Assembly (NCBI GenBank): GCA_049293675.1
Contig: JBAQBR010000002.1
Coordinates: 214,040 to 278,039, forward strand
DNA: 64,000 bases
DNA from: Patescibacteria group bacterium
GTDB taxonomy: Bacteria > Patescibacteriota > Gracilibacteria > BD1-5 > UBA2023
Reading direction: 5' to 3'
Shown here: in pieces, positions 10,860 to 21,322 of the stretch
Position numbering within the stretch: the stretch's first letter is position 1
How the letters are laid out: each line of letters opens with the position of its first letter
Program-made: the position numbers and the translations under genes
Notes under the pieces: model-generated
The model's database searches: none
The model's input: the letters and a program-made list of their open reading frames with translations, nothing else
Told to the model about the DNA's origin: nothing

Positions 10860-10891
10860 AAAGAGAAATATTAGGTATTAGACGTTGTTAC

Positions 10892-11350
10892 TTATTCTTC
10901 AGAATCTATTTTTCTTGGTTTTGGCTTTGGACTCGGGTTTGAGAACTTGAACCTTAGTACGTGTTGTCAGTTTTCAGTTGTTATTTTTCCGTCTACAAAT
11001 CCATAATATTCAAGCAAATCAATAAATTTACTACCTAGTATTCTTCCTGGATATACAATCTCCCATCTTTTAATTGTCATATCACTTCTTAGTGTGCGTA
11101 GGATTGTACCATAGAGCGCATGGATATTATCGACTTGTCAGATTGATATCCTGCCAAGTTCTCATATTTCGTCCCTCTCGATTGGAAGAGTATCCCCCTC
11201 ATTTAGATTGAGTCACTCAGCCAACTTTGCTACTCTATTCTGAATTTCAGTAAATTTATCTCATCTTCAGGTTCGATTCTGAAGAGCAACCCACAAACTC
11301 TCAGGAAGTTTTTTTTGCACGAGAGGGAGTTGTAGTACTGTTTGTAACAT
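10892..11350 (-). CDS. hypothetical protein (152 aa)
   Basis: Open frame from ATG 11350 to TAA 10892 with TGA as sense. No recognised motif. Confidence 0.45.
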
Positions 11351-11365
11351 ATTTCAAATATTAAA

Positions 11366-13552
11366 TTATATAGCTAGAGTTACAACTTCAGTTACGACAG
11401 GAGTTTCTACTATCTTTTCGAGTCCAATTCGTCCCTTTTCTCGGTCGACTGCATATACCTTTACTTTTACTATCTCACCGACCTTGGCAACATCGTTCAC
11501 ATTGGCGATGCGCTGTGGTACTCCGAACTTGGAGATATGGATCATACCTTCCTTTCACTTTGCTATCTCGACGATGGCTCCAACTGTATCGAGTATCTTT
11601 ACAATCTTTCCTTCGTAGACGTCACCAACTTCGATATCCTTGAGTATGCCCTTGATGAACTCGAGTGCTGCCTTTCCTGCTTCTTGAGTCTTGGCTGTGA
11701 TAGTACACTGACCATCGTCTTCGAGATTGACCTCGACACCATATTCTTTTTCGATACCTTGTATTGTCTCACCTCCCTTACCGATGACTTCACGCATCTT
11801 CTCTTCTGGTACGAATACTGCAAGGAGGAACGGAGCATACTGAGAGAGTTCTGCACGAGGTGCCGCGAGACACTGCTGCATCTCACCCATGATGTATCCA
11901 CATGCGTCTACTGACTTACCAAAAACTTGCTTGATCACGTCCATAGAGAGTCCTGAAATCTTACAGTCCATCTGGAGGGCAGTGATACCCTTAGTGGTTC
12001 TTGCTACCTTGAAGTCCATATCTCCGAGGAAGTCCTCCTGAGCTTGGATATCTGCGAGTATCTCGTATTTTCCTGTGTCTTCATCGTATATCATCCCCAT
12101 CGCGACACCTGCAACCATCGCCTTGATAGGTACACCTGCATCCATGAGTGACATCGTAGATCCACACACTGATGCCATAGATGACGAACCGTTACACGTC
12201 GTTGTCTCAGAGACGACACGTATCATATATGGGAAGTCTGTCTCACTTGGGAGAACTGGTTCGAGAGCCTTCTCAGCGAGACGACCATGACCAACCTCAC
12301 GACGACCGACACCACGAAGTGGCTTGACTTCACCCACTGAAAACGGAGGGAAGTTGTAGTGGTGGATATAACGCTTGGTATCCTCCTCATACATATCATC
12401 GATAAGTTGGATATCTGATGGTCCTCCGAGTGTTGTCACGGAGAGTACCTGAGTCACTCCTCGTTCAAAAAGTGCCGAACCATGAGTCCGAGAGAGTATT
12501 GGTGCAGATGCACGGACAGGGCGTACCTCGTCACATGCACGACCATCGAGACGCTTGCGAGTTTCGAGAACCGTCTTGCGCATATGTGTCTTCACAACAT
12601 CCTTCACACTATCAGCTATATCTGCCATCTTCGGTGTGTTGGTTTCTTTGTTGTATTCGAGTCTTCCCGCAATGAGTTCTACAAGATCATGGAGTGCATC
12701 GTGGAATTCGAGTTTTCCGAGTTCATAGAGTCGGCGTATTTCATTTTCAGTGACAAGAGCATGAACCTTAGTGAGGACTTCTTGGTCTATATCGACCACA
12801 GTAAGTTTTGTCTCGGGAAGTGTATGGACAGCACTATATGCAACCATGAAGTCCTGTTGAGCTCGACAGAGATCCTTGATAATTGCATGAGCATATTCAA
12901 AGGCCTTCACCATAAGTTCGTTGGATACCTCAGAACCCTGTGACTCTACCATCGTGATAGCATCGAGCGTTCCTGCAACTGTGAGGTCGAGGTGTGCTGC
13001 GGCAATCTGTTCAAAAGTTGGATCGAATATAAAGTTCCCAGCTTCATCTGAGGCTATACGTACTGCTGCAACTGGTCACTCGAACTCTGTTACTCCTGCG
13101 AGCATGACCGAGAGTGATGCACCAGTAACTCCATACCAACCGAAGTCAGAGAGTCCAGATGATGACATGATAGTCGAGATAATCTGTGTATCTGTGCGAG
13201 TTCCCTTAGGGAACATAGGTCGTATTGGTCGGTCGATCATACGAGAATTCAGTATTGACGCCTCAGATGGACGGCCTTCACGCTTCATGAATCGATTTCC
13301 CCCGATCTTTCCGTTCGCATAGTACTTTTCTTGGAATTCGACCGTGAGAGGGAAGAAGTCTCCATCCTTCGGATTACCGATACCAGTGGTTGTGAGGAGG
13401 AAGTTCCCAGACTCATCGCGGATAACGATAGAACCAGTTGCGAAGAGCGCAAGACGCCCAGATTCGAAAGTGATATTTTTGTTGCCTATGGTATAGGTCT
13501 TGGTAACAACAGCGCGATCCAGAGCATTACGGTCCTTGAGTCAGACAATCAT
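11366..13552 (-). CDS. pnp: polyribonucleotide nucleotidyltransferase (PNPase)
   Basis: Track ORFs 11555..12952 and 13076..13288 plus extensions form one 728-codon frame. It contains RNase PH repeats, a KH domain and a C-terminal S1 domain that resumes after TGA 11555. Confidence 0.95.
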
Positions 13553-13774
13553 AAAAAAGAGAGGTTAGGAATGAGAACTTAGGAGTTAGAAGGAACTCCA
13601 AAACCTCGCAAATATATAACTTCTCGGAATTCCAAACCAATCTTTTGATAAAAAACTCGTTCGGAAGTGGCGAGAGGTATATTGCACGGTGAATTATAGT
13701 GAGAGCGCGAAAAAGTGCAAAAAGAAAAATCCACCAAATTCATGATTGAATACTTGATGGATTCATGTGTTATC

Positions 13775-13848
13775 TGGTGCCCCCGACAAGAATCGAACTT
13801 GTGTCTAAGCCTTAGGAGTGCCTTGTTCTTCCACTAAACTACGGGGAC
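13775..13848 (-). tRNA. tRNA-Arg (CCT)
   Basis: Acceptor GTCCCCG/CGGGGGC, T-arm ACAAG-TTCGATT-CTTGT, anticodon loop CTCCTAA, encoded CCA. The 31-39 pair is an A-G mismatch. Confidence 0.75.
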
Positions 13849-13964
13849 AGACTGATAGACACACGGATTGTATAAAAAAGAGACAATTATGCAAAAAATT
13901 CTCTCATCGAAAAAACTTGATTTATAAAAAAAATCTATAAAATGCCTCTCGTACCAGTGTCCTC

Positions 13965-14041
13965 GCGAGCATAGCTCAATTGGCTAGAGTACCGCCTTGC
14001 CATGGCGGCTGTTGTGGGTTCGAGTCCCATTGCTCGCTCCA
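13965..14041 (+). tRNA. tRNA-Gly (GCC)
   Basis: Acceptor GCGAGCA/TGCTCGC, anticodon stem CCGCC/GGCGG, loop TTGCCAT, discriminator U73, encoded CCA. Confidence 0.9.
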
Positions 14042-14050
14042 GAAAAATCA

Positions 14051-14084
14051 AAAATCCCTTCTCAATACCGAGAAGGGATTTTTT
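14051..14084. terminator. bidirectional rho-independent terminator
   Basis: 12-bp AAATCCCTTCTC/GAGAAGGGATTT hairpin lying between tRNA-Gly (+) and the peptidase gene (-). Confidence 0.8.
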
Positions 14085-14592
14085 ATTCTTCATCAACGCA
14101 GTCATATTTTGGTCGAAGACTTTTCTTTTCCAGATTCCGCAAGAATTTGCTGATGTATTTCTCATCGTATCAGAGAATACGTGAGACCTTCCAAGCATAA
14201 GCATCCGCAGCACACTCTGCCTCGTAGATTTCTCATTGGGAACTATAGACGTTTACTTTATCGTTTTTTATATCGTTTTCCCAGTGTGCTATCTCGTGAC
14301 TCAATATGAATACAAGTGTTGCATCATTTTTTGTGAGATTCACAAGAGCATCTGGTATAAAAATCTTTCCTCATCGTGTATGCATTATCTGCATTGCATC
14401 ACTTCGAAAGACGATGAACTGATATTTTCATCAGATGACGGGATTTTTCTCTAGGATGAGTGCTGTAAGTCTATCGATTCTTTCTTGAAGTTTCTTGTTT
14501 TTCGGACTCTTTTCTATCCCTCGTTGTATCGTCTCAGAAAAAGGAAGAAACTGATATCTTGCATCATTGATGTGGTCTGTAGAGAGTTCCAT
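14083..14592 (-). CDS. M48-like zinc metallopeptidase (small, no TM segment)
   Basis: HEIAH (HExxH) preceded by GGKIFIPDALVNL...TLVFILS, the M48 pattern. 169 aa. Track ORF 14514..14819 is in a different frame and is rejected. Confidence 0.6.
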
Positions 14593-14775
14593 GGATTGAT
14601 TATATACGGTTTTTGTTTTTTATCATAATTTTCCCTTGCTTTTTTCCAAAAATTTTTATAATACGCGAGCTTCAACAAGTTTATATCACGACTTGACTTT
14701 CTCGTTTTCCCGAACAGAGAGCCAAGTTCGAACATATCTCCACGTGACAGGTGTGATATGTAATTTTCTATTATT

Positions 14776-15210
14776 ATGGCACCAAAAAAACCAACCAGAG
14801 TTGTAAAACTCCAACTCAAGGCGGGTCAAGCTAATCCAGCACCTCCAGTAGGTACTGCGCTTGGACCTACCGGTATCCAGATTGCAGAGTTCTGTAAGCA
14901 GTTCAACGACAAGACCAAGGATCAGATGGGGAAGATTCTTCCTACAGTGATCAACATCTACGAAGATCGTAGTTTTGACTTCTATACGAAGCAACCTCCT
15001 ATGACTTGGTGGATCAAGGATGCGCTCAAGCTCGCATCAGGTTCTAAGGAATCACACAAGGTCAAGGTTGGACATCTCACAACAGCACAGCTCAAGACTA
15101 TCGCTGAAGGAAAGATGCCAGATCTCAATGCGAACGATATCGATATGGCTATGTCTATCGTAGCTGGTTCAGCTCGTTCTATGGGTATCACAACTGATCT
15201 CAAGAAGTAG
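14776..15210 (+). CDS. rplK: 50S ribosomal protein L11
   Basis: Uninterrupted 144-aa ORF containing PPVGPALG-type and L11 C-terminal motifs. No TGA. Confidence 0.95.
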   Translation: MAPKKPTRVVKLQLKAGQANPAPPVGTALGPTGIQIAEFCKQFNDKTKDQMGKILPTVINIYEDRSFDFYTKQPPMTWWIKDALKLASGSKESHKVKVGHLTTAQLKTIAEGKMPDLNANDIDMAMSIVAGSARSMGITTDLKK

Positions 15211-15266
15211 TTTCACAGAATAACAGAATATATTGGCTCCTGCCTGTAGAACTGTTATTCTCTTCT

Positions 15267-15341
15267 GGCGCTATCGTCTAGTGGTTAGGACATAGGATTC
15301 TCATTCCTGTAACCGGAGTTCGATTCTCCGTAGCGCTGCCA
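15267..15341 (+). tRNA. tRNA-Glu (CTC)
   Basis: Acceptor GGCGCTA/TAGCGCT, D-arm GTCT-AGTGGTTA-GGAC, anticodon stem TAGGA/TCCTG, loop TTCTCAT, G73, encoded CCA. Confidence 0.8.
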
Positions 15342-15353
15342 ATCAAAAATCAC

Positions 15354-15385
15354 AAAAATCTCTCACAGAAATGTGGGAGATTTTT
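15354..15385 (+). terminator. terminator, copy 1 of the TCTCNCACAGAAATNNGGGAGA hairpin family
   Basis: 11-bp stem AAATCTCTCAC/GTGGGAGATTT with loop AGAAAT, followed by a T-run, after tRNA-Glu. Confidence 0.75.
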
Positions 15386-15446
15386 CGAAATGAATTTTGT
15401 TATATTTTACTTTATGCCTATTATAAAATTAATTAACCTTAATTTT

Positions 15447-15917
15447 ATGAACAAGACAATAGTATGAGTGGTTACACTATGAATATGAACCCTAGTAATG
15501 AATGCTTTTCAAGATGACTCATCTGTTGTGCAGGTACCTACCGTACCTAATCAAGTGATATCCGAATCAAATACTCCAAGTGCCCAGCCAAAAAAAGCTG
15601 TAGAACAACCAAAAGAGGAGGCTCCGTCCAAAGAGGCTGATGTAATAGTTCCTAAAAAAGTAGAAGTACAAAAAGCTGTAGAACAACCAAAAGAAACTAT
15701 AAAAATTCAAGAAGTTATCCCAGAACCAAAGAAGGTTGAAGTTAGGGCAACCTCAAATTGTGACCCCAATTATTCATGATGTGTCCCTATTGCAAGTGAT
15801 GTAGATTGCGCTGGATGAAAATGAAATTGACCAGCCTATGTTCGTTGACCTGTGCAAGTGATCTGAAGCGATATATATGACCTAGATAGAGACAATGATT
15901 GATGGGGTTGCGAGTAA
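15447..15917 (+). CDS. secreted/membrane-anchored Excalibur calcium-binding domain protein
   Basis: N-terminal hydrophobic segment, a Pro/Lys/Glu-rich linker, and the C-terminal CDPNYSGCVPIASDVDCAGGKGNGPAYV..DLDRDNDGWGCE. About 10 TGA codons fall mostly at the Gly positions of this motif. Confidence 0.8.
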
Positions 15918-15970
15918 ATTGAAGAGGATATTCTCCCAAAGAAGAGCACATTCCTGAATTCAGCTCTCAA

Positions 15971-16942
15971 CTAATTCGCTAGGACTATATCGAATCCTAC
16001 CGTATTGCTTATCTTTCCCCAAGGCATGGTATATATCTTGTATTTCCCAGGTGTGAGCGTAAGAGTCTCCGTACATGGGAGACCACTGTAGGAGGTATCT
16101 ATTTGGCAGATTGGGGACTGCAAGGAGAATACGATCTGCTTGGAGGTTGACCCACCTTCCCCATAGAGGATTCACTTTACTCCAGTATCATTCTCGATCC
16201 AGACGTGCTTGTCTCACTCGAATCCTGAGAAGTTGCAACCCTCTAGAGTCACCCGAGTTCCAAGACTTCCCGAGCGAGTGGAGATGGCAGTGATCACGGG
16301 TATGCCTTCATCTGCATCCGTACAGGTAGTAGGCAATGGAGATATCATCTCGTAGGGACTTGCGTCACAGTCATCGTTGTCCGCAGTACAACCCATCTGT
16401 ATCCACTCATAGAATATCGCAGGCTGTCCGTCGATAGCATGGATAACCTTGGTGACAGTGGGGAACTGTAGGAGGGTTGCCTCTATAGGCCGTAAGAATC
16501 CAACACTTCCACAACTTGAGCTGGCACTAGGAATCAGTTGTCTCAAGTCATCCCAGTCCAGATAGGCAACACCGTCCTCTACGAATACCCGATTGAGCGC
16601 ATCCCCCATATTGTCGGTTATCATGAAGTCTAGGAGTCCATCGGATTTTTCTTGTGCTGTTGGTCCTAGGAATAACTGCTCCAGAGCTGCGGTGGCTGGC
16701 GCATCGGTCATGGGTATAGTTCTCGTGACGCGAGAGACTTTCCCACAATCTTCGAGATTGGCATTGTCTCTGAGTGTCTGGAAATATATATCGATATCCA
16801 TGGTCTGGTTCATGTTTCCAGTATTGGTGCTTCCAGTATCTGTGCTTCCAGTTGCTGTCCCTGGTGTCTGCGTCGTGAGGATAGAGCAACTACTGAGTGC
16901 TATGATGATGCTCACTATAGGGAACAAGGATGATGGTCTCAT
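15971..16942 (-). CDS. lipoprotein with a GerMN-like domain and a C-terminal IPT/TIG-like domain
   Basis: Signal plus lipobox (IIIALSSC). GerMN pattern (TAPATAALEQLFLGPT). Track ORF 16214..16942 continues through TGA 16214 to TAG 15971. Confidence 0.7.
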
Positions 16943-17048
16943 ATGATAAAAGTAAGGATATACAAAACCGTATACACTGATCTCGATGAGAGAGTATTAT
17001 AGTCCGAAAACTCTCACGACCAAATAAAAAAACAAGACAGCTTTTCTA

Positions 17049-17078
17049 AGAATCTCTCACAGAAATAGGGGAGATTCT
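17049..17078. repeat. copy 2 of the TCTCNCACAGAAATNNGGGAGA hairpin family
   Basis: GAATCTCTCACAGAAATAGGGGAGATTC, lying in a divergent intergenic region where no gene ends. Confidence 0.6.
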
Positions 17079-17110
17079 TTATGGATGCAGGATAAAAATA
17101 GACGAATAAA

Positions 17111-17138
17111 TTGACATTATCAATAACAAGTTTATATT
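17111..17138 (+). promoter_or_regulatory. sigma70-like promoter
   Basis: TTGACA-N16-TATATT, 30 nt upstream of ATG 17168. Confidence 0.45.
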
Positions 17139-17167
17139 AACCTAATTATTATCAACTCTTTATTCTT

Positions 17168-17416
17168 ATGACCACTCGACTCGAAGAATACTCAGATGCT
17201 GCACGTGCTAGACAAGGGTTAGCTCCTGTATCACGTACACCAAAAAGTAAAATTGTATGGGCATGACCATGATTTACAGCTTTTACACGCAACGAAGAAT
17301 GAGTCCTCATTCCGATGTTCCCACAAGGTGTTGTTACTACGACAGGTACTACGTGTGCAAGTGTTGATAGGATTAGTAGTTCTCCTGGTGCTGACCATGT
17401 TGATACTGATAAGTAG
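17168..17416 (+). CDS. small hypothetical protein (82 aa)
   Basis: The ATG follows the promoter, the frame holds 3 TGA codons, and it ends in TAG before the terminator. The competing track ORF 17253..17489 runs through the terminator. Confidence 0.4.
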
Positions 17417-17436
17417 AGTTATAGTACCTAAAGATC

Positions 17437-17475
17437 AAAAAATATCTCCCACAGAAATGTGGGAGATATTTTTTA
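17437..17475. terminator. bidirectional terminator, copy 3 of the hairpin family
   Basis: AAAAATATCTCCCACAGAAATGTGGGAGATATTTTT lying between convergent genes. Confidence 0.75.
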
Positions 17476-18003
17476 TTTCATTTTCTTGAATAATTCCTGA
17501 CTTATCTTATTGTATTCTTCTTCTGTAATAGCTCATTCCTCTTTAAGAAATTCATATTTCTCTAATTCAGTTTCGTGATCATTGTTTTGATTATAAAAAT
17601 ATAATTTTTCACGTAAAATTTCTCTCTTTCTCTCTTTAATTTTTTCTAGGATTTCTTTATGTTCTTTGTTTTGTATAATATAAATTGTTCACTGGTATGC
17701 CTTTAGTTTTGAGTATCTTGTTCTCCTAAAGTAGAATACAATCAAACAAATTAATCCAATTAGCAACCAGGGGTTATTCTGGTCTGCCAAGAATTGTAGC
17801 CCAAATCATAGGAAAATCCATAATATTCACACATTCTTTAACCAATCATTTTGTTCAACAAACTCATCGATGTCTTGTATATTTATTTCCACATATGGAG
17901 TCTTAAAGGTAGCGGTTCATGTTGAATCTTTTAATTTATAAGACAATGTTGATTCTTTGAAATCAAAAGTTATTTCTGTGTCTCTTTTTTTCTGAGTGAA
18001 CAT
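17473..18003 (-). CDS. hypothetical membrane protein (176 aa)
   Basis: I checked codon by codon and found no in-frame TAA or TAG across 531 nt of AT-rich DNA. Two central TM segments and a charged C-terminal tail. Confidence 0.55.
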
Positions 18004-18035
18004 ATTTTTTAATGGGTGAAGATAAATATTTTTAA

Positions 18036-18563
18036 TTAGTATTTGTTATATTTTATATTTAGCTGTTCAGATTTCTTTGCTAATATTTCTCGGATTCCTT
18101 TTAATAAGCCATCTTCACTCATCTCTCTTTTTGGTATAATTATTCCTGATATTGTGGTATTGAATAAAAGAAAATATGTTTCGGTTTCGATGAATTCAAT
18201 AAATGATTTCCATTGAATAGTTCATTCATCAAGTTCTGCTTTTATTCTAATGGCATCTTCATTAATTGTTATTTCCTTTTTTCATATTTGTTCCGGAGAT
18301 TTTTTTAGTAAGGCCCATACTTTATACCTTATTAACAGATAGAGTAATGTATTGACAATAGCCATGAATATTACAAAGACAATGATACTTGCTATTATGT
18401 TATAAATATTAAATATTTCCATTCATTCCAATCAGTCTGATAAATTGATTACCAGAAATAAAAAAGCGAAAATCAGCGTATTTTTTAATGCACTTCTTTT
18501 CAATGTATGAAATATACTTAAGTAAGTGTAGTCTTCTTTTAGTAGGTTTATTGTGAATTGCAT
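18036..18563 (-). CDS. hypothetical membrane protein, YcxB-like (175 aa)
   Basis: I checked codon by codon and the frame is open across 528 nt of AT-rich DNA. Two TM segments followed by a soluble domain. Confidence 0.5.
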
Positions 18564-18594
18564 AATAACTTTAAGAGATAGTGGATAAATATAA

Positions 18595-18906
18595 CTATTC
18601 TTTAGGAGGATTTTTTTCTTCGTCTTTTTCTACTTTTGCCTTTTTCGGCTTTTTTTCGAGCATCTCTGTGACCGTTTCTTTTTGCTCTTCTAGCTTTTCT
18701 TCCACTGCTCCTTCAGTGAGGAGATCACGGATATCTTCGAGTGTTGAGAGGATATTTTCCTGTGTCTCTATGGCTGCGTTCATCTTCCAGAACCATGCAT
18801 TGATCTCGCGGATGACGAGAACAAAGATAATCCCAATCAGAAATGCTCCTCACACAATCCAGAATGTATCGAGCCGCTGTATCTCCAGAAGAAGTGTTTC
18901 GAACAT
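18595..18906 (-). CDS. small membrane protein with an acidic/basic tail (103 aa)
   Basis: Track ORF 18595..18783 extends upstream through a TGA to ATG 18906. It has one TM segment. Confidence 0.5.
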
Positions 18907-19086
18907 ATATTGATAGTTAGGATATATTTCCTGACACAAGAATAGTATATCTTTTTTTTATTTTTGGAAAGGGATTTTGTTGCGAAGAGTATTGTACCAT
19001 ACTTTACCAACTCTTCTAGTGCTCTTACTTTACTTTCTCATGTGATTGTATAGTATTTACTAACTTTTAGTCCCTCATACAATACT

Positions 19087-19467
19087 ATGAACACAACAGA
19101 TATCAAAAACAAACTCACAAGCGCAGGTGTTCCTGCGGCTATCGTCGACAAGCTCGAATCAGCCCTCGGAGACAAGCTCGAAGGGGAACTCATGGCAGGA
19201 GGATTCAAAGCCGCTGCAGCCAAGGTCGGTATCGATACGACAGACCTCCCAGATGTAGACTTCAAGAACCTCACTGAAGCAGCACAAGAGCTCATGGGCA
19301 CTGATGTCGATGGTGATGGCAAGACTGGAGTCGCAGAAGCAGTGGAGAATCTGAGGGAAGCAGCAGCCAATACTGATATGGCTGAGGTCAAGGAATTCGC
19401 ACAGAAAAATGGGGCAGGACTCTGGGCGAAGGTCAAGTCACTTTTCAGTGGTTCTAAGCAAGCATAA
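19087..19467 (+). CDS. hypothetical protein (126 aa, DxDGDGK loop)
   Basis: Uninterrupted ORF followed by a hairpin and T-run at 19475..19499. Confidence 0.55.
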   Translation: MNTTDIKNKLTSAGVPAAIVDKLESALGDKLEGELMAGGFKAAAAKVGIDTTDLPDVDFKNLTEAAQELMGTDVDGDGKTGVAEAVENLREAAANTDMAEVKEFAQKNGAGLWAKVKSLFSGSKQA

Positions 19468-19550
19468 TACAGGGGCCCACTAATTGGGTGGACTTTTTTG
19501 TCACCTTTTTATCTCGTATCCGTCTTAGGAGATACTTAACCATTATTTTT

Positions 19551-20723
19551 ATGCGTATTTTTCTCTTTCTCTTTTCTCTCTTCGGTCTCACACTCGTAGC
19601 ATCTGCGGCAACTGAGGAGCCAACTATGTGTACTATGCAGTACGCACCAGTCTGTGGATCAGTTCAGGTACAGTGTATCACTGCTCCATGCAATCCTGTA
19701 CGGCAGACTTTTGGTAATGCATGTATGGCGGGTGTTGCGGGGGCGACAGATATCACTGAGGGTGAGTGTGAATCTGCACCAGTTGTTGGTGGTGATGTCG
19801 ACGCATATGGATGCAAGGCATCTGCAGGGTACTCTTGGGATATGACTCTCGCTCAGTGTATCCGTGTATGGGAAAAGTCACAGACACTCGTCGAATGGGC
19901 GTATGAAAACACACTCACTCGCTACAATACAGTAGCAGAGTTCTGATATGACCGTTCACTCACTCGTCAGGAAGCAGCAGCTCTCCTTGCTCGTGCTGGG
20001 GAAGGACTCTATGGTATCCGTTATGCATCATATCCAGAGGCATGTAACGTGACTTACAGTGATGAGTCAGTATTCGACCTCACACTCAAGAATGATATCT
20101 ACTCTGCATGTGCACTTGGTCTCATGTATGGTCAAGATGGGAGATTCTCTCCACTTCGTACACTCTCTCGCGCTGAGGCTCTCGCTATCATCATGCGGGC
20201 AGTTGATGGAGGAAAAAAAGATGAATCAGGAACAGTGTGGTATAGTGTATACGCTGATCGCGCACATGAACTCAGTATCATCTCATCTGTCAGCCTCTCT
20301 GGATTCGATGCAGCCATCACTCGTGGAGAACTCATCGAGTGGATATATCTCGCCAACAAGTATCTAGAGAAAAAGAATGCAGATAGTCCGCTTATTGGAA
20401 GCTGGACACTCACCAAGTATAACGATACAGTCATAACAAGTACTGGATATACTCTCGTTATTGGGGCGAACAGCATTGCTGCGAAGTTCTGCAACAATAT
20501 GTCTGGTTCATACTCAGTATCGCTTGGTAAGTTCGTAGCTCCAACCCTCATGAGTACGATGATGTACTGTGAATGACTCCCGATGACTCTCGAAAATGCA
20601 TTCGCCCTCGATGGTGCAACATACAGTGTCGTAGCACTTCGCCTCGCAGAAGGTGCAACAGGCCCAACGATGCTCCTTACTATCACCACTGCCAAGGGAG
20701 ATGTATACGTATATGGACAGTAA
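19551..20723 (+). CDS. secreted Kazal-like / SLH-like / META-domain fusion protein
   Basis: Track ORFs 19488..19946 and 20049..20576 share one frame and join via TGA. Signal peptide. YAPVCGS...TFGNAC...GEC (Kazal). FSPLRTLSRAEALAIIMRAV (SLH-like). C-terminal META/HslJ-like pattern. Confidence 0.7.
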
Positions 20724-20739
20724 AATATAACTTTCTTCA

Positions 20740-20768
20740 AAAAACTCATCAAAATGGTGAGTTTTTTT
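20740..20768 (+). terminator. rho-independent terminator
   Basis: ACTCATC-AAAAT-GGTGAGT hairpin followed by TTTTTT. Confidence 0.65.
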
Positions 20769-20808
20769 GTGTTTTGGGAGAGGAAGTGATAAAATTGTAC
20801 AAATTATT

Positions 20809-21285
20809 ATGAATTCAAAAATCTCACTTGCATCATGAGCATGAGAAGACAATAAGGCTTCTCATCTAAAATATCCTCCTGAATGACTACAGACAGGGGA
20901 ACATATTTATTGAATAATTTACCCAGCCTATTTTCCAGAATCCAAGAGATTTCACCAAGAAGTGAAAGAAAAGAATATAATACTTCATATCAAAAGTCAG
21001 AAAAACAGATTTCGATTTGTTGTATCTATTGAAGATTCGTTGGATGATCTGGAGCATGAGTTAATTTTTGATTCCATAGAATGACAATACTTTCTCTATA
21101 AGCGTATTCATAAAGATAGTAAAAGTAAATATCTATATTGAGTTCTACAGATAGAGGCAGTAACAGGATACACCACCACTCCACTTAGAAGTCATCATAT
21201 TGATACGGTTGTCTGAAACACACGCGATGCAGCTCAAGTTGTATTCTGAGATACTGAACCTGGCAATGATTTAGAATTACTTTAA
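20809..21285 (+). CDS. hypothetical protein (158 aa)
   Basis: Open frame from ATG to TAA with about 8 TGA codons read as sense. Confidence 0.45.
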
Positions 21286-21322
21286 GGATTTACTTTCCTC
21301 TTGGTTTCGATATCATAGTCTC

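Noticed and set aside
10860-10891. An FMN riboswitch might lie upstream of the riboflavin genes.
   Set aside because: The intergenic spaces are only about 30-40 nt and lack the conserved FMN aptamer helices.
11555-13552. Many housekeeping genes (pnp, recA, recG, ruvB, dnaJ, tex and others) look like pseudogenes interrupted by premature stops in the standard-code track.
   Set aside because: All the interruptions are TGA, always in frame, never TAA or TAG, and they fall at conserved glycine positions. Recoding explains them, not gene decay.
15267-15341. The tRNA at 15267 could be the UGA-decoding tRNA-Gly(UCA), because its anticodon loop TTCTCAT contains TCA.
   Set aside because: With U33 in the standard register the anticodon is CTC. 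The D-arm and the G73 discriminator fit tRNA-Glu, not the glycine identity set (U73). No tRNA(UCA) is present in this window.
17253-17489. A 78-aa plus-strand ORF with a hydrophobic segment.
   Set aside because: It starts at TTG inside another frame and runs straight through the terminator hairpin into the convergent gene. The alternative frame 17168..17416 fits the promoter and terminator better. Neither ORF is strongly supported.
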